From positions 60,842 through 124,841 of the forward strand of contig JANXDG010000035.1 in assembly GCA_025059805.1 (NCBI GenBank): DNA of 64,000 bases. Reading direction: 5' to 3'. The notes below the pieces were generated by a model. It was given only the letters and a program-made list of their open reading frames with translations, searched no databases and was not told the origin of the DNA. The DNA comes from Endomicrobiia bacterium. Its GTDB lineage: Bacteria > Elusimicrobiota > Endomicrobiia > DTEH01. Shown here in pieces: positions 1 through 8,960 of this stretch; position 1 is the stretch's first letter, and each line of letters opens with the position of its first letter. A program made the translations under genes and the position numbers.

Positions 1-7
1 TTTTTTC

Positions 8-34
8 TTTACACTATTTTACACGACTTTACGC
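8..34 (-). repeat. Three direct repeats with exact 10-bp period, MraZ-box-like operator candidate
   Basis: Plus strand TTTACAC at 8-14 and 18-24, TTTACGC at 28-34; minus strand reads GCGT-N6-GTGT-N6-GTGT. Confidence 0.55.
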
Positions 35-109
35 CTATTTTTAGATAATTAGAAGCATATATTTGCCAGAACATATCCTATTTTTATCGGTTGCCCCTTC
101 CAATTATTC

Positions 110-138
110 TATATATGTAAAAAACTGGTAAATGTCAA
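110..138 (-). promoter_or_regulatory. Putative sigma70-type promoter firing leftwards out of the window
   Basis: Minus strand TTGACA (138-133), 17-nt spacer, TATATA; perfect -35 and imperfect -10 in an intergenic region. Confidence 0.4.
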
Positions 139-319
139 CTATTATCTAAAAATTCTTTACAAACAGTTTAAACTATTAGATTTACCGACGAGTGTTTCTT
201 ATTTTATTATTTTACAATAAATTAACTGCATCACCCCTGTGTTGTAAGAACTGCAATTTTATTTTAGTTATAACACTTCAAATAAGATAAGATATTTTAT
301 ACTAACTGAATGGAGAAGT

Positions 320-1420
320 CTATAAATTATAAGAACCTGATATATATTTTTCAACCCATGGTGGCAGGTTTTTCTTTTTGTTGCTAGTAATAAATCTTAT
401 TGCTTCGTATATCCTCTGTCTCTGCATTTTTGGAATGTAGAGTGAAACCATTGCATTTTTGAATGTTGAAGTTGCATTATTCCTTCCTAAAATCGCAACT
501 TTTCCATACGTATTTTCTAACAAATACAAAAGCCTAATAAAGAATCTATCATAATCGTCTTTTACTTTTTCCAACTCAATTTCTAAACATTTTTTTTCAA
601 AAGTTGAAAACAAACCCCCAAGTTGTTCCCTATATACATTCGCGACTTTATACAGTTTAAACAGTTTCACCACTGTTTGCAAATTCTCACCCTTCTTAAG
701 TATATGCAAAAACTCGTTTACAAGTCTGTTATCTGAGATTTTCAGTAATACATTATCTTTCATTGCTTCCTTCAGATATTTTTCAGTTACAGGTTCAATT
801 TTAAATCCGAGTTTTGCTGAGAAACGTATCGCACGGATTATTCGTGTTGGGTCATCATAAAAACTTTTGTTATGTAGTATTCTGATATACTTCCTCCTTA
901 AGTCATCTATTCCGCCGAAAGGATCGTAAAAGTCATAATTTTTATTAATTATATTATATCGCAAAGCAATAGCGTTTATAGTAAAATCTCTTCTAAAGAT
1001 ATCATCATATACACTACCAACACTTACTTCAGGCAAAGCACCGTCATAGGGATATTTTTCCTTTCTTGGAATAGAAACATCTATTCTTATTGCTGCATCT
1101 TTGTTCTCTTCAATAAAAATACTTAAGGTAAAAAATCTATGATGTTTTATTATACGCGATGGAGAAGTAAACGTAATATCAGTCATTAACTTCACTATTT
1201 TATCATATTCTTTTGCTTCTACAACTAAATCTATATCTTTTACACTTGACGAAGTTTTACCTGATGTAACAGAAAGGATTAAATCACGGATAACCCCTCC
1301 TACTATGTAATGGTTGTATCCACAGTCAACCATTTTATTAATAATTTTTTTAACATATTTGTAAATCTCAATTCTTGTAAACACGCTAAGTACTTCTTTT
1401 AGTATATTTTCTTTCGTCAT
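320..1420 (-). CDS. cca: Class II tRNA nucleotidyltransferase (CCA/poly(A) polymerase family), possibly A-adding type
   Basis: VGGVIRD, DIDLVV, RRDFTINAIA, DPFGGIDDL and DDPTRIIRAIRF motifs. Confidence 0.88.
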   Translation of the reverse strand: MTKENILKEVLSVFTRIEIYKYVKKIINKMVDCGYNHYIVGGVIRDLILSVTSGKTSSSVKDIDLVVEAKEYDKIVKLMTDITFTSPSRIIKHHRFFTLSIFIEENKDAAIRIDVSIPRKEKYPYDGALPEVSVGSVYDDIFRRDFTINAIALRYNIINKNYDFYDPFGGIDDLRRKYIRILHNKSFYDDPTRIIRAIRFSAKLGFKIEPVTEKYLKEAMKDNVLLKISDNRLVNEFLHILKKGENLQTVVKLFKLYKVANVYREQLGGLFSTFEKKCLEIELEKVKDDYDRFFIRLLYLLENTYGKVAILGRNNATSTFKNAMVSLYIPKMQRQRIYEAIRFITSNKKKNLPPWVEKYISGSYNL

Positions 1421-2904
1421 AAAATTATAAATTTAAACTGATATAACTCATCATCTAACTTGTTAATTTTTTCCCTTAAAATCCTTACAAGATAGCAATC
1501 TTCACAACGACCATGTATAGGTTCACAGAAGTCTCTATAAAGTTGAAGGAAACCTTGCACAAACATAGTATGAGATAAAAAATATTTCCTATATTCTGTA
1601 TAACGTATAATGGACGATACAAATTTTTCTACGATTGTATTTTTCTCTACAAGTTTTAGTTTTTTATAAATTGAGATTACTTTCTGCTTAAGTGTTTCAT
1701 TTTTATTTTTTCTAGCATGATAGAAATAATATGGTAAGACCACATTGACAACAATAGCAGCAACTTTTTCTTCCCCGAACAAAGGATATTCCTTAGGAAA
1801 CTGTTTACTATCAAAACTACAATGCCGTGCAAAAAATCCGTCAGAAGGTTGATAAAAGATATTTACAAGATGTTTGATAATTTCTTCTTCAGTAAAATTG
1901 TTTAAGAAATTTTTCAAAATTTTATGTAGTCCAAAATCAACAAAGTTGGATATTGTTCTACTGAAAGCAGCTATTCTTCTTTGTGGGAAGTTAACCGGTC
2001 TTGTCTTATAGAACCTCCATTGGGATATTGACAGTCTTTTCTTAAACTTATCCTTAACAATGTTCCAAATGTTAACTAACCTGTCAGTATAGCAGTTTGC
2101 TGGCTGTTTAATTATAGCGTCATCTATAAAACCTGCAACACCAAAATAGATAGATTCAATAACTTCTAAAGGTTTAAAACCACTTAAACTTTTTATAACT
2201 TGTTTTAATTTCTTAATTGGAACCAATCGTGCTAATTTTACAAAATTATCTTTATTATTGACATAACCATAAACTTCTGCCATTTCTTCATACAAAGTTT
2301 GTTCTTCAGTATAGTCAAAATTTATCCATCTTGAAAACACCTCAGATTTAAGCAATAGCCTTGCCTCAGCAGCTGCAATAATAAGTTCTTCAAGATAATT
2401 ATAATCCTTGGGCATCAAGATTTCACCACAAAGTGATCCACTAAATTCTGCATCTAACTCAGTTAATTTAGCATAAAGCTGTACATCTTCAACAGTAAGT
2501 CTTCCTTTTAAACATACCTCAAACTTTACCTCTTTTATTTCTCTTTTAGTATCATAATCATAGAACACATGAAGTATAATATTACTATACCTTTCACTGT
2601 GTTTATGTTTAAACCAATCAGATCTTTTAAAATGCACTTCAACATCGCCCTCATAATGTTTACCATCAACAACAATCTTAGCTGAGATAAAGTCAGGTAA
2701 AGCTAATGTATGTTTCTCTCCGGGCGATAAAACAACTAATTTTTCTCCACTTGTTGTTAATAAGTTTCTACGATCTAACTCTTGTTTATACCACAATTCT
2801 TTAAGCACATCCTCGGTAAGACTTTGTTTTACGAAACTTTCCTTAACCTTTGGTTTTAACATTAATGCTTTATTTCTTAGTTGAAGATATACATTTAAAT
2901 CCAT
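1417..2904 (-). CDS. DUF2851 family protein
   Basis: PDF..A, GDVEVH...SDWFKHKH, ILHV, RPVNFPQRRIA, QGFLQLY and C-terminal C-x6-C-x2-C, as I recall them for this family. Confidence 0.8.
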   Translation of the reverse strand: MDLNVYLQLRNKALMLKPKVKESFVKQSLTEDVLKELWYKQELDRRNLLTTSGEKLVVLSPGEKHTLALPDFISAKIVVDGKHYEGDVEVHFKRSDWFKHKHSERYSNIILHVFYDYDTKREIKEVKFEVCLKGRLTVEDVQLYAKLTELDAEFSGSLCGEILMPKDYNYLEELIIAAAEARLLLKSEVFSRWINFDYTEEQTLYEEMAEVYGYVNNKDNFVKLARLVPIKKLKQVIKSLSGFKPLEVIESIYFGVAGFIDDAIIKQPANCYTDRLVNIWNIVKDKFKKRLSISQWRFYKTRPVNFPQRRIAAFSRTISNFVDFGLHKILKNFLNNFTEEEIIKHLVNIFYQPSDGFFARHCSFDSKQFPKEYPLFGEEKVAAIVVNVVLPYYFYHARKNKNETLKQKVISIYKKLKLVEKNTIVEKFVSSIIRYTEYRKYFLSHTMFVQGFLQLYRDFCEPIHGRCEDCYLVRILREKINKLDDELYQFKFIIL

Positions 2905-2908
2905 ATTT

Positions 2909-4495
2909 TTATTTTCGTTGTAATTTCTTAATCTCTAAATATCTATTCAATGTGTCTATTCTTACATCAACATCTGCATCAGTAGGATTTAAAACTTTAA
3001 CAATTTTGTATTCATCAATGGCATGTTCTAATTTACCAAGATCAGAATATATTTCTGCAACCGTCTTTCTTATCTTGTAATTAAAAGGATTAATCTCCAA
3101 TATCTGTTTATAAACATCCAGTGCTTTTTCATATTCTCCTTTTTCAAAATAGACATTAAATAATAGCTCATATCCAGCAACAAAATTAGGATTTGCACTT
3201 ATACACTGGTTCAATATATCTTCTGCTTCTTCATACATTTTAGCTGCCAGATATGCTTTAGCAAGCCGTGTCAAAACAATCGGATTAAACATCTCAAACT
3301 TTTGTGCTTTCTTGTATTGAAATATTGCTGTTTTATAATCTTTCTTAGCTAAAAATTTATCTCCCAATTCTATATACTGACGTTGGTCAAGGCCTAGTAG
3401 TTCGTCCTGTTGTTTTATATAAATACACTTCCAGTCAGGTTGTGCTCCAGGATAAGAAGATAAGTTGGTAAACATTAGCTCTAAATTGTCTTCCCACAAA
3501 CTCATAAGTTTATCAAATTTTAAACCATAAATTTTATTATACAATTTATCTTCGTCATCTTTGTAATTCTTATAATGCTTAATAAACTGTAAAAAATTAT
3601 TCTCACCATAATTTTCAACAAGGTGTTTAACAAAACTTGCAAGTTCAACAAATGCTAAGTCTATTTCTTGTTGTGAATCTAAGTATACCAAAGAACCTTT
3701 AAACGAAGAAAAAGGTATAATTTTGTTACTCATCTTTGCTTGAAGTAACAAATTAACATTGCCAGCTGAAAAACATAAAGGTTCTGTTGATCTATACAGT
3801 GTATCATAATATCTTGCAGTGGCTTCATGTAGGTATAACGGTAACGAATATTCTGAAATATGATTAAGTATAAAATGAATATACTCATGTGCTAGCGTAT
3901 CCAACCATCTATATCCAAATGGTAAACATTCAGGTGAAAGTATCATAATTCTGTTAAACTTACATATTCCAACAACACCTGTTTTTTCTATAATATCCAT
4001 ACCTAATGTTGAAGCAAAAGCAAATTCTTCTTTAGTGTTGTAAACTTCAATTCTTACCTTCCTTTCGGGGTAAAAACCAAATTTTTCACCAAAGGTTTTA
4101 TAGATTTTTTCTAACTGCAATATAGCAAAGTCCTTGAGTATAACATCTCTACCTTTAAGATATATTTTGAAATGGTCACTTTCATACTCATTATATCCAT
4201 TTGAAAAAATTTGTTTTAAATTCAAAATGTAAGATACAAAAAATTGTTGCTCATCAGTCATAGAATAACTTGTAAATCTTACCACATACTCCGCTGCTTT
4301 GGTGTAATCACCTAAATATAAGTGATATAAGCTGTTATAAAACGTTACAAGATGATCTTTTTCAGATGCAGAATTTATAATTCTTCTTACTTCTTCAAAC
4401 TTTCCTGCTTCAAGTAGTTTTAGTATCGGAATTTCACTGTACAAAAACCATGTAAGCAATAAAATAGTTAAACAAGCCAAAATAATATTTTTCAT
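2909..4495 (-). CDS. Exported TPR protein with peptidase MA-like (gluzincin) domain
   Basis: N-terminal hydrophobic signal; ESDHF; LAHEYIH followed by LPLYLHEATA (HExxH plus downstream E); C-terminal TPR repeats. Confidence 0.8.
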   Translation of the reverse strand: MKNIILACLTILLLTWFLYSEIPILKLLEAGKFEEVRRIINSASEKDHLVTFYNSLYHLYLGDYTKAAEYVVRFTSYSMTDEQQFFVSYILNLKQIFSNGYNEYESDHFKIYLKGRDVILKDFAILQLEKIYKTFGEKFGFYPERKVRIEVYNTKEEFAFASTLGMDIIEKTGVVGICKFNRIMILSPECLPFGYRWLDTLAHEYIHFILNHISEYSLPLYLHEATARYYDTLYRSTEPLCFSAGNVNLLLQAKMSNKIIPFSSFKGSLVYLDSQQEIDLAFVELASFVKHLVENYGENNFLQFIKHYKNYKDDEDKLYNKIYGLKFDKLMSLWEDNLELMFTNLSSYPGAQPDWKCIYIKQQDELLGLDQRQYIELGDKFLAKKDYKTAIFQYKKAQKFEMFNPIVLTRLAKAYLAAKMYEEAEDILNQCISANPNFVAGYELLFNVYFEKGEYEKALDVYKQILEINPFNYKIRKTVAEIYSDLGKLEHAIDEYKIVKVLNPTDADVDVRIDTLNRYLEIKKLQRK

Positions 4496-4498
4496 ACA

Positions 4499-7400
4499 CT
4501 ACTTCAAAACTTCTTTATAATATTTGTCAATAATATGTTTTAATTCGTCAGGGTATTTTTCACTTAAAGATTTTATTATCTCCTCTCGTATTTCTTTAGG
4601 TGGACGATAATCTTTCGCAGAAGGTAATGTTATATTGCCAATTAAAACTCCAATTTTACCACCTGGTATGTGTTTTAACTGAGTGGTTCCTGCAACAGAC
4701 TTTCCCGCCTGCTGACTTAACTGTTGTAATTGCTGTTGTTTGTCAGAAAAGTTATTTCTTAGCTGAAGTAATAAATTTAACGCTGTATTTTGATGTTGAA
4801 TAGCTTTAGGAATTAATAAACTATTTAAGCAATCAAACGAACCCGTCATTTCTGCCCGAGCCGAAATTGCAAGATTTACATCGTCAGAGTTTACAATGAA
4901 ACTCTTACTTCCTAAGTTCTTAATCTCTTTTATAAACTCATCCATTTGCATACCGATATTAGACTGTTTATTGCACAACTTTGATTGTTTTTCTTTCATC
5001 CTTGATGGATATATAATTTTAGGTTCTGTTTTTAAAATTTCTACAACTTCGTTTATCAATTGATTTATTACCACCGTTGACGAAAACAAAACTGGGTTAT
5101 ATTGTTGCGACGCTGAACTTATTTTAACATTTTGTTCCCATATAGATTTTATATCTTCAAAATATTTACTTCCTTGAATTAACCTTTCATTTTTTAACTC
5201 TTGTTGAAAATCTTTTAGTTTTGATGATGCAAAAGTTGCGTTTTGTCTAAAAACATCTTTACCTGTGAAATTATTGATATTGTCTAAATACAAAATAATG
5301 TTATCTATATTTTTACTTATCTCTTCGCTTTTTTTTTCTAAGATAGGGAACTGTTTTTCTTGATATTTTGATATCTCAGAAATTCTGAACTCATCAATTT
5401 CTTTAGTTCCCTGATATACATTTTGTTGTTCTACTATAATATTATCCAACTGTGATACTACTTTTTCTAAGTTTGAAGTTAAATCTAACATACTAGCACT
5501 AACTTGTTCCTTCGCAACTTTGTTTATATTTTGTGTAAGAAGTTCAAGTTGTTCTAACAGTTGTTCCGCAAGTTTTATCGCAGATTTAATATCATTACGA
5601 TTAATCAAACCATAAATGTTTGTAAGAATATCCATAGGAGTTATAAAATCTAAATTTTTTATTTCTCTGCGGTTGACAAACTCATCCGGAAGTTCATCCT
5701 TGAACTTCGTCAAACTTTCTTGTATCTTCTTCAGTCTTTCCTCTATTTGTGATAATAGATTAAAAATTTTTGTTCTGTCTTCCTCAGAGATTTTGTCATA
5801 ACATTCTCGTAGTGCATCAAGTAGGTTCCTATTTGTGCCTAAGTTATCTTCCATTAGTCTAGAAATATTCTCCATATTTTGTCGTTTAATTATATCTTTG
5901 CTAAGCATAGTTGCGCGTTCAAGCGTATTAATTATTTGGTCCTGTATCTGTAACGCTGAACTGATATCTCGCTGTTTTAAACTATCAATTCGTTTAGGAT
6001 TCAGTTTACTACGTAGAGTTTCAATTGAATAATTTAAATTTCTAAATTCCATCATTGTATCTACTGTAGTATAAGGATCGCTTGTCATTTCTGACAGAAT
6101 ATTTTTTATCATAGATTCTAAAATATCATATTGAATATTCATATTTTGACTTTGAAACACTAAGGTATTTATATCTGGCATATAATCTGTAGTTAACTTT
6201 GATATTGACTCATATAACTCTACTTCTTGACTTAGTAATTCTATAGATTTGTCTATAAATTTCTTAATTTGTTCTTCAATCAACTGATGTTTCTTTTCAT
6301 AACTAAATATTTCTATTTTTCGCTCATCAGTAAAGTCGGATTTGTAACCGTAAAGAATGTCGTTATCATAAACGATCATACGATACTTTATAATATCGCC
6401 GAAATCTAATTTAAGTTTGCTTAAATCAAACAAATATTCATCTATATCCTCTGTTGCTACCTTCTGGTATTTTTTAACTTCTTTTACGGTCTTATTCACT
6501 TTTTTTTCTATTTCATAAACAATTTCTATCTTGTGAATTCCAAAATCGTCTGTAACGGAATAAACTATTGGAATCATACTGTTTGGTTCTACAATAATAT
6601 CGTTCTCAGGAGAAATAATTTGTATTTTAGGACCTCTGTCTTCAATCATATGTATTCTATACTTTACTGCTTCTGAATTCATTAACCCATCTGTATCAAC
6701 AAATTCAAACCACAATTCTGTACCCTGTCTAACAATGAAACTACCATAAACGGTCTTTAAATCTGTACCAATATCAAGTTTTATTTTTTCCCCATAAAGA
6801 TACAAAAATGCTGATTGAATAGCCTTATTTGTTTTAGCGCTAAAAGATACTTTGCTACCATATAAATATTGTAATTCAGAAAAATTATTGATGTTTATCA
6901 CTGGCTGGCCAGTATACTGCGGTGGCGTAACTTTAATATCTAAAGAGACAATATTCGGCAAAACTAATGGTTCTATTTTATAAACTTTTGATGCCATACC
7001 TCTGAATTTAACCTTATATAATATCGTAGTTTCTACCGATGGGATCAAATATACATATACTTTACGTCCAGCAAAGTCTACTGTCTTCTCAAAGTTAACC
7101 TTATAAAACTTCTTATCACCGTAAGTTTTCAATAATAACTCAGGTACATACAAACTGTACTCCTTCTCAACAATAACTTTAATTTCACATACTTCACCGG
7201 AACGTACAGTTAAATTCTTTGGTGATATAAAAATTCCTAGTATCTCTGGTCTACGTGTAAATAAAATCTTATGAATGCTTGATCTAATTACATACGGTGG
7301 TATTGCATAAAGAATGTAAGTTATAACAAAAAGTGCTAAATTTAGCGGAATAACTTTAATTATATTCTTCAGTCCAGAAAGTTCTATGATGTCAACTTTA

Positions 7401-7804
7401 GAAAGAATTGTTTTTACATTTTCCACGAAATCCCTTGCTAATTCCTCAGAATAGTTCAGATCTTTTGGACTTATCAATGCGTCTTCAAGTTGATAAGCGT
7501 TTATTAGGTCATCGGTTGATTTCAATAAGTTTTTTATTATCAAAAATTTCTGTAGTTGCAAACAAGAAAAACGTAAAGTTTGATATATTCTCAAAACTAA
7601 ATTTGCAAAAAATAATAACAAAAATGCTATTATTACGAACCAATAAATATGAAAAACAATTATTGGTAATGGAAAAATTTTATCAACTAATACACTTAAT
7701 ATAAAACAACCTATTACCGTATTGACACAACTAATCACATATCTAAGCACAAGGAATAATATTCTATTAAAAGTAAACTTATTAACATATTGTCTTATTT
7801 TCAT
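4499..7804 (-). CDS. DUF4175-like large membrane-anchored coiled-coil protein
   Basis: Three N-terminal TM segments, VTPPQYTG, D..P.I.I..P, DDFGI, DND, long helical Q-rich region, C-terminal YP......IDKYYKEV. Confidence 0.75.
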   Translation of the reverse strand: MKIRQYVNKFTFNRILFLVLRYVISCVNTVIGCFILSVLVDKIFPLPIIVFHIYWFVIIAFLLLFFANLVLRIYQTLRFSCLQLQKFLIIKNLLKSTDDLINAYQLEDALISPKDLNYSEELARDFVENVKTILSKVDIIELSGLKNIIKVIPLNLALFVITYILYAIPPYVIRSSIHKILFTRRPEILGIFISPKNLTVRSGEVCEIKVIVEKEYSLYVPELLLKTYGDKKFYKVNFEKTVDFAGRKVYVYLIPSVETTILYKVKFRGMASKVYKIEPLVLPNIVSLDIKVTPPQYTGQPVININNFSELQYLYGSKVSFSAKTNKAIQSAFLYLYGEKIKLDIGTDLKTVYGSFIVRQGTELWFEFVDTDGLMNSEAVKYRIHMIEDRGPKIQIISPENDIIVEPNSMIPIVYSVTDDFGIHKIEIVYEIEKKVNKTVKEVKKYQKVATEDIDEYLFDLSKLKLDFGDIIKYRMIVYDNDILYGYKSDFTDERKIEIFSYEKKHQLIEEQIKKFIDKSIELLSQEVELYESISKLTTDYMPDINTLVFQSQNMNIQYDILESMIKNILSEMTSDPYTTVDTMMEFRNLNYSIETLRSKLNPKRIDSLKQRDISSALQIQDQIINTLERATMLSKDIIKRQNMENISRLMEDNLGTNRNLLDALRECYDKISEEDRTKIFNLLSQIEERLKKIQESLTKFKDELPDEFVNRREIKNLDFITPMDILTNIYGLINRNDIKSAIKLAEQLLEQLELLTQNINKVAKEQVSASMLDLTSNLEKVVSQLDNIIVEQQNVYQGTKEIDEFRISEISKYQEKQFPILEKKSEEISKNIDNIILYLDNINNFTGKDVFRQNATFASSKLKDFQQELKNERLIQGSKYFEDIKSIWEQNVKISSASQQYNPVLFSSTVVINQLINEVVEILKTEPKIIYPSRMKEKQSKLCNKQSNIGMQMDEFIKEIKNLGSKSFIVNSDDVNLAISARAEMTGSFDCLNSLLIPKAIQHQNTALNLLLQLRNNFSDKQQQLQQLSQQAGKSVAGTTQLKHIPGGKIGVLIGNITLPSAKDYRPPKEIREEIIKSLSEKYPDELKHIIDKYYKEVLK

Positions 7805-7810
7805 AACTAT

Positions 7811-8932
7811 TTAAATCTCACCAGAGACAATATCCTCAACTAATTTCAAAATTTTTCCTGCAGGATTATTTTGGATATATTTTTTAATATTATTTTTGTA
7901 TATTTCTAATTTTATTTTAGCTGTAATAATATCGTCAAGTAATTTAAATACTGTTTCTTCATCTTCATAGTGGAAACCTAACTTATATTTTTTTACAACA
8001 TACACATTGCCACGTTCCTGTCCAGGGACAAATACAGGAATTAAAACAGGTACACCTGCAGAAAGAGATTCTGAAACTATAGCACCACCACCTTTGCATA
8101 TAACTAAATCACTCACTCTAAGGTAATCATGCATACGGTCAGTCCATCCTATTATTTTTGTTCTTGGGATATATTCCATCATATTTAATTTATCATATAA
8201 TTCTTTATATTTTCCTGTAATTATTATAAGTTGAAACAATTCTTTTTTCTTTCTTAGAAAATCTACGATTTTTAAAAACTTATCTAACGCGCCGAGTCCA
8301 ATCGTAATTAATATTGTTAACACACCTTCTCTAAGTCCTAGTTCCGAAAGTATTTTATGTTTATCTACTTGCTGAAACAATTTAGAGTTCACTGGGAAAC
8401 CTGTTACCCATATTTTGTTAATTCCAGAGTTTATCAATACATGTTTTGTATCTTCGTCAATAACACAATAAAAGTCAACATTTTTATCTATCCAAGATTT
8501 GTGTATCATGTATGAATCAGTAATCACACATACGTACGGTACATTTCTAACTTCCTTTTTATACTTTTGTACAATAAAGTTCCAATAAGGATGTGTGGAG
8601 ACAAAAATATCAGGGTTAAACTCATTAAAATATTCCTTTGCACTATTATACGAATTTGCTATAATTATAGTTTTAAGTAAATTTTTACAAAAGTTGTTGT
8701 TAGTACAGAAGAAAAAAGTATCAAATATCACAGGTTTTTCCATAGAAAAATTATACAATTTCTGGAAAAAAGTTAATTTTCCCTGTTGTGGTTCACCTTT
8801 TAAATGTAAAAAATCAAAAACCTCTACGTCCCAGTCAGAATGTTTTAATTTTATTTCGCTATATATTGATTTTGCAGCGGTAATGTGGCCTGTTCCGTAA
8901 CTCGCTGTTAGTATTAATATTTTCCTTTTCAT
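7811..8932 (-). CDS. MGDG synthase / UgtP-like diacylglycerol glycosyltransferase (GT28)
   Basis: TASYGTGHITAA, VSTHP, VITD, TGFPV, GWTDRM, KGGG..VSE, PGQERGN; AGGGAG RBS upstream. Confidence 0.88.
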   Translation of the reverse strand: MKRKILILTASYGTGHITAAKSIYSEIKLKHSDWDVEVFDFLHLKGEPQQGKLTFFQKLYNFSMEKPVIFDTFFFCTNNNFCKNLLKTIIIANSYNSAKEYFNEFNPDIFVSTHPYWNFIVQKYKKEVRNVPYVCVITDSYMIHKSWIDKNVDFYCVIDEDTKHVLINSGINKIWVTGFPVNSKLFQQVDKHKILSELGLREGVLTILITIGLGALDKFLKIVDFLRKKKELFQLIIITGKYKELYDKLNMMEYIPRTKIIGWTDRMHDYLRVSDLVICKGGGAIVSESLSAGVPVLIPVFVPGQERGNVYVVKKYKLGFHYEDEETVFKLLDDIITAKIKLEIYKNNIKKYIQNNPAGKILKLVEDIVSGEI

Positions 8933-8960
8933 AGTTTCTCCCTTTTCATTATCTCAAAAT

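Noticed and set aside
224-255. Direct repeat AACTGCA twice, 25 nt apart
   Set aside because: Only two short copies, with no array, spacer pattern or cas genes; compatible with chance.
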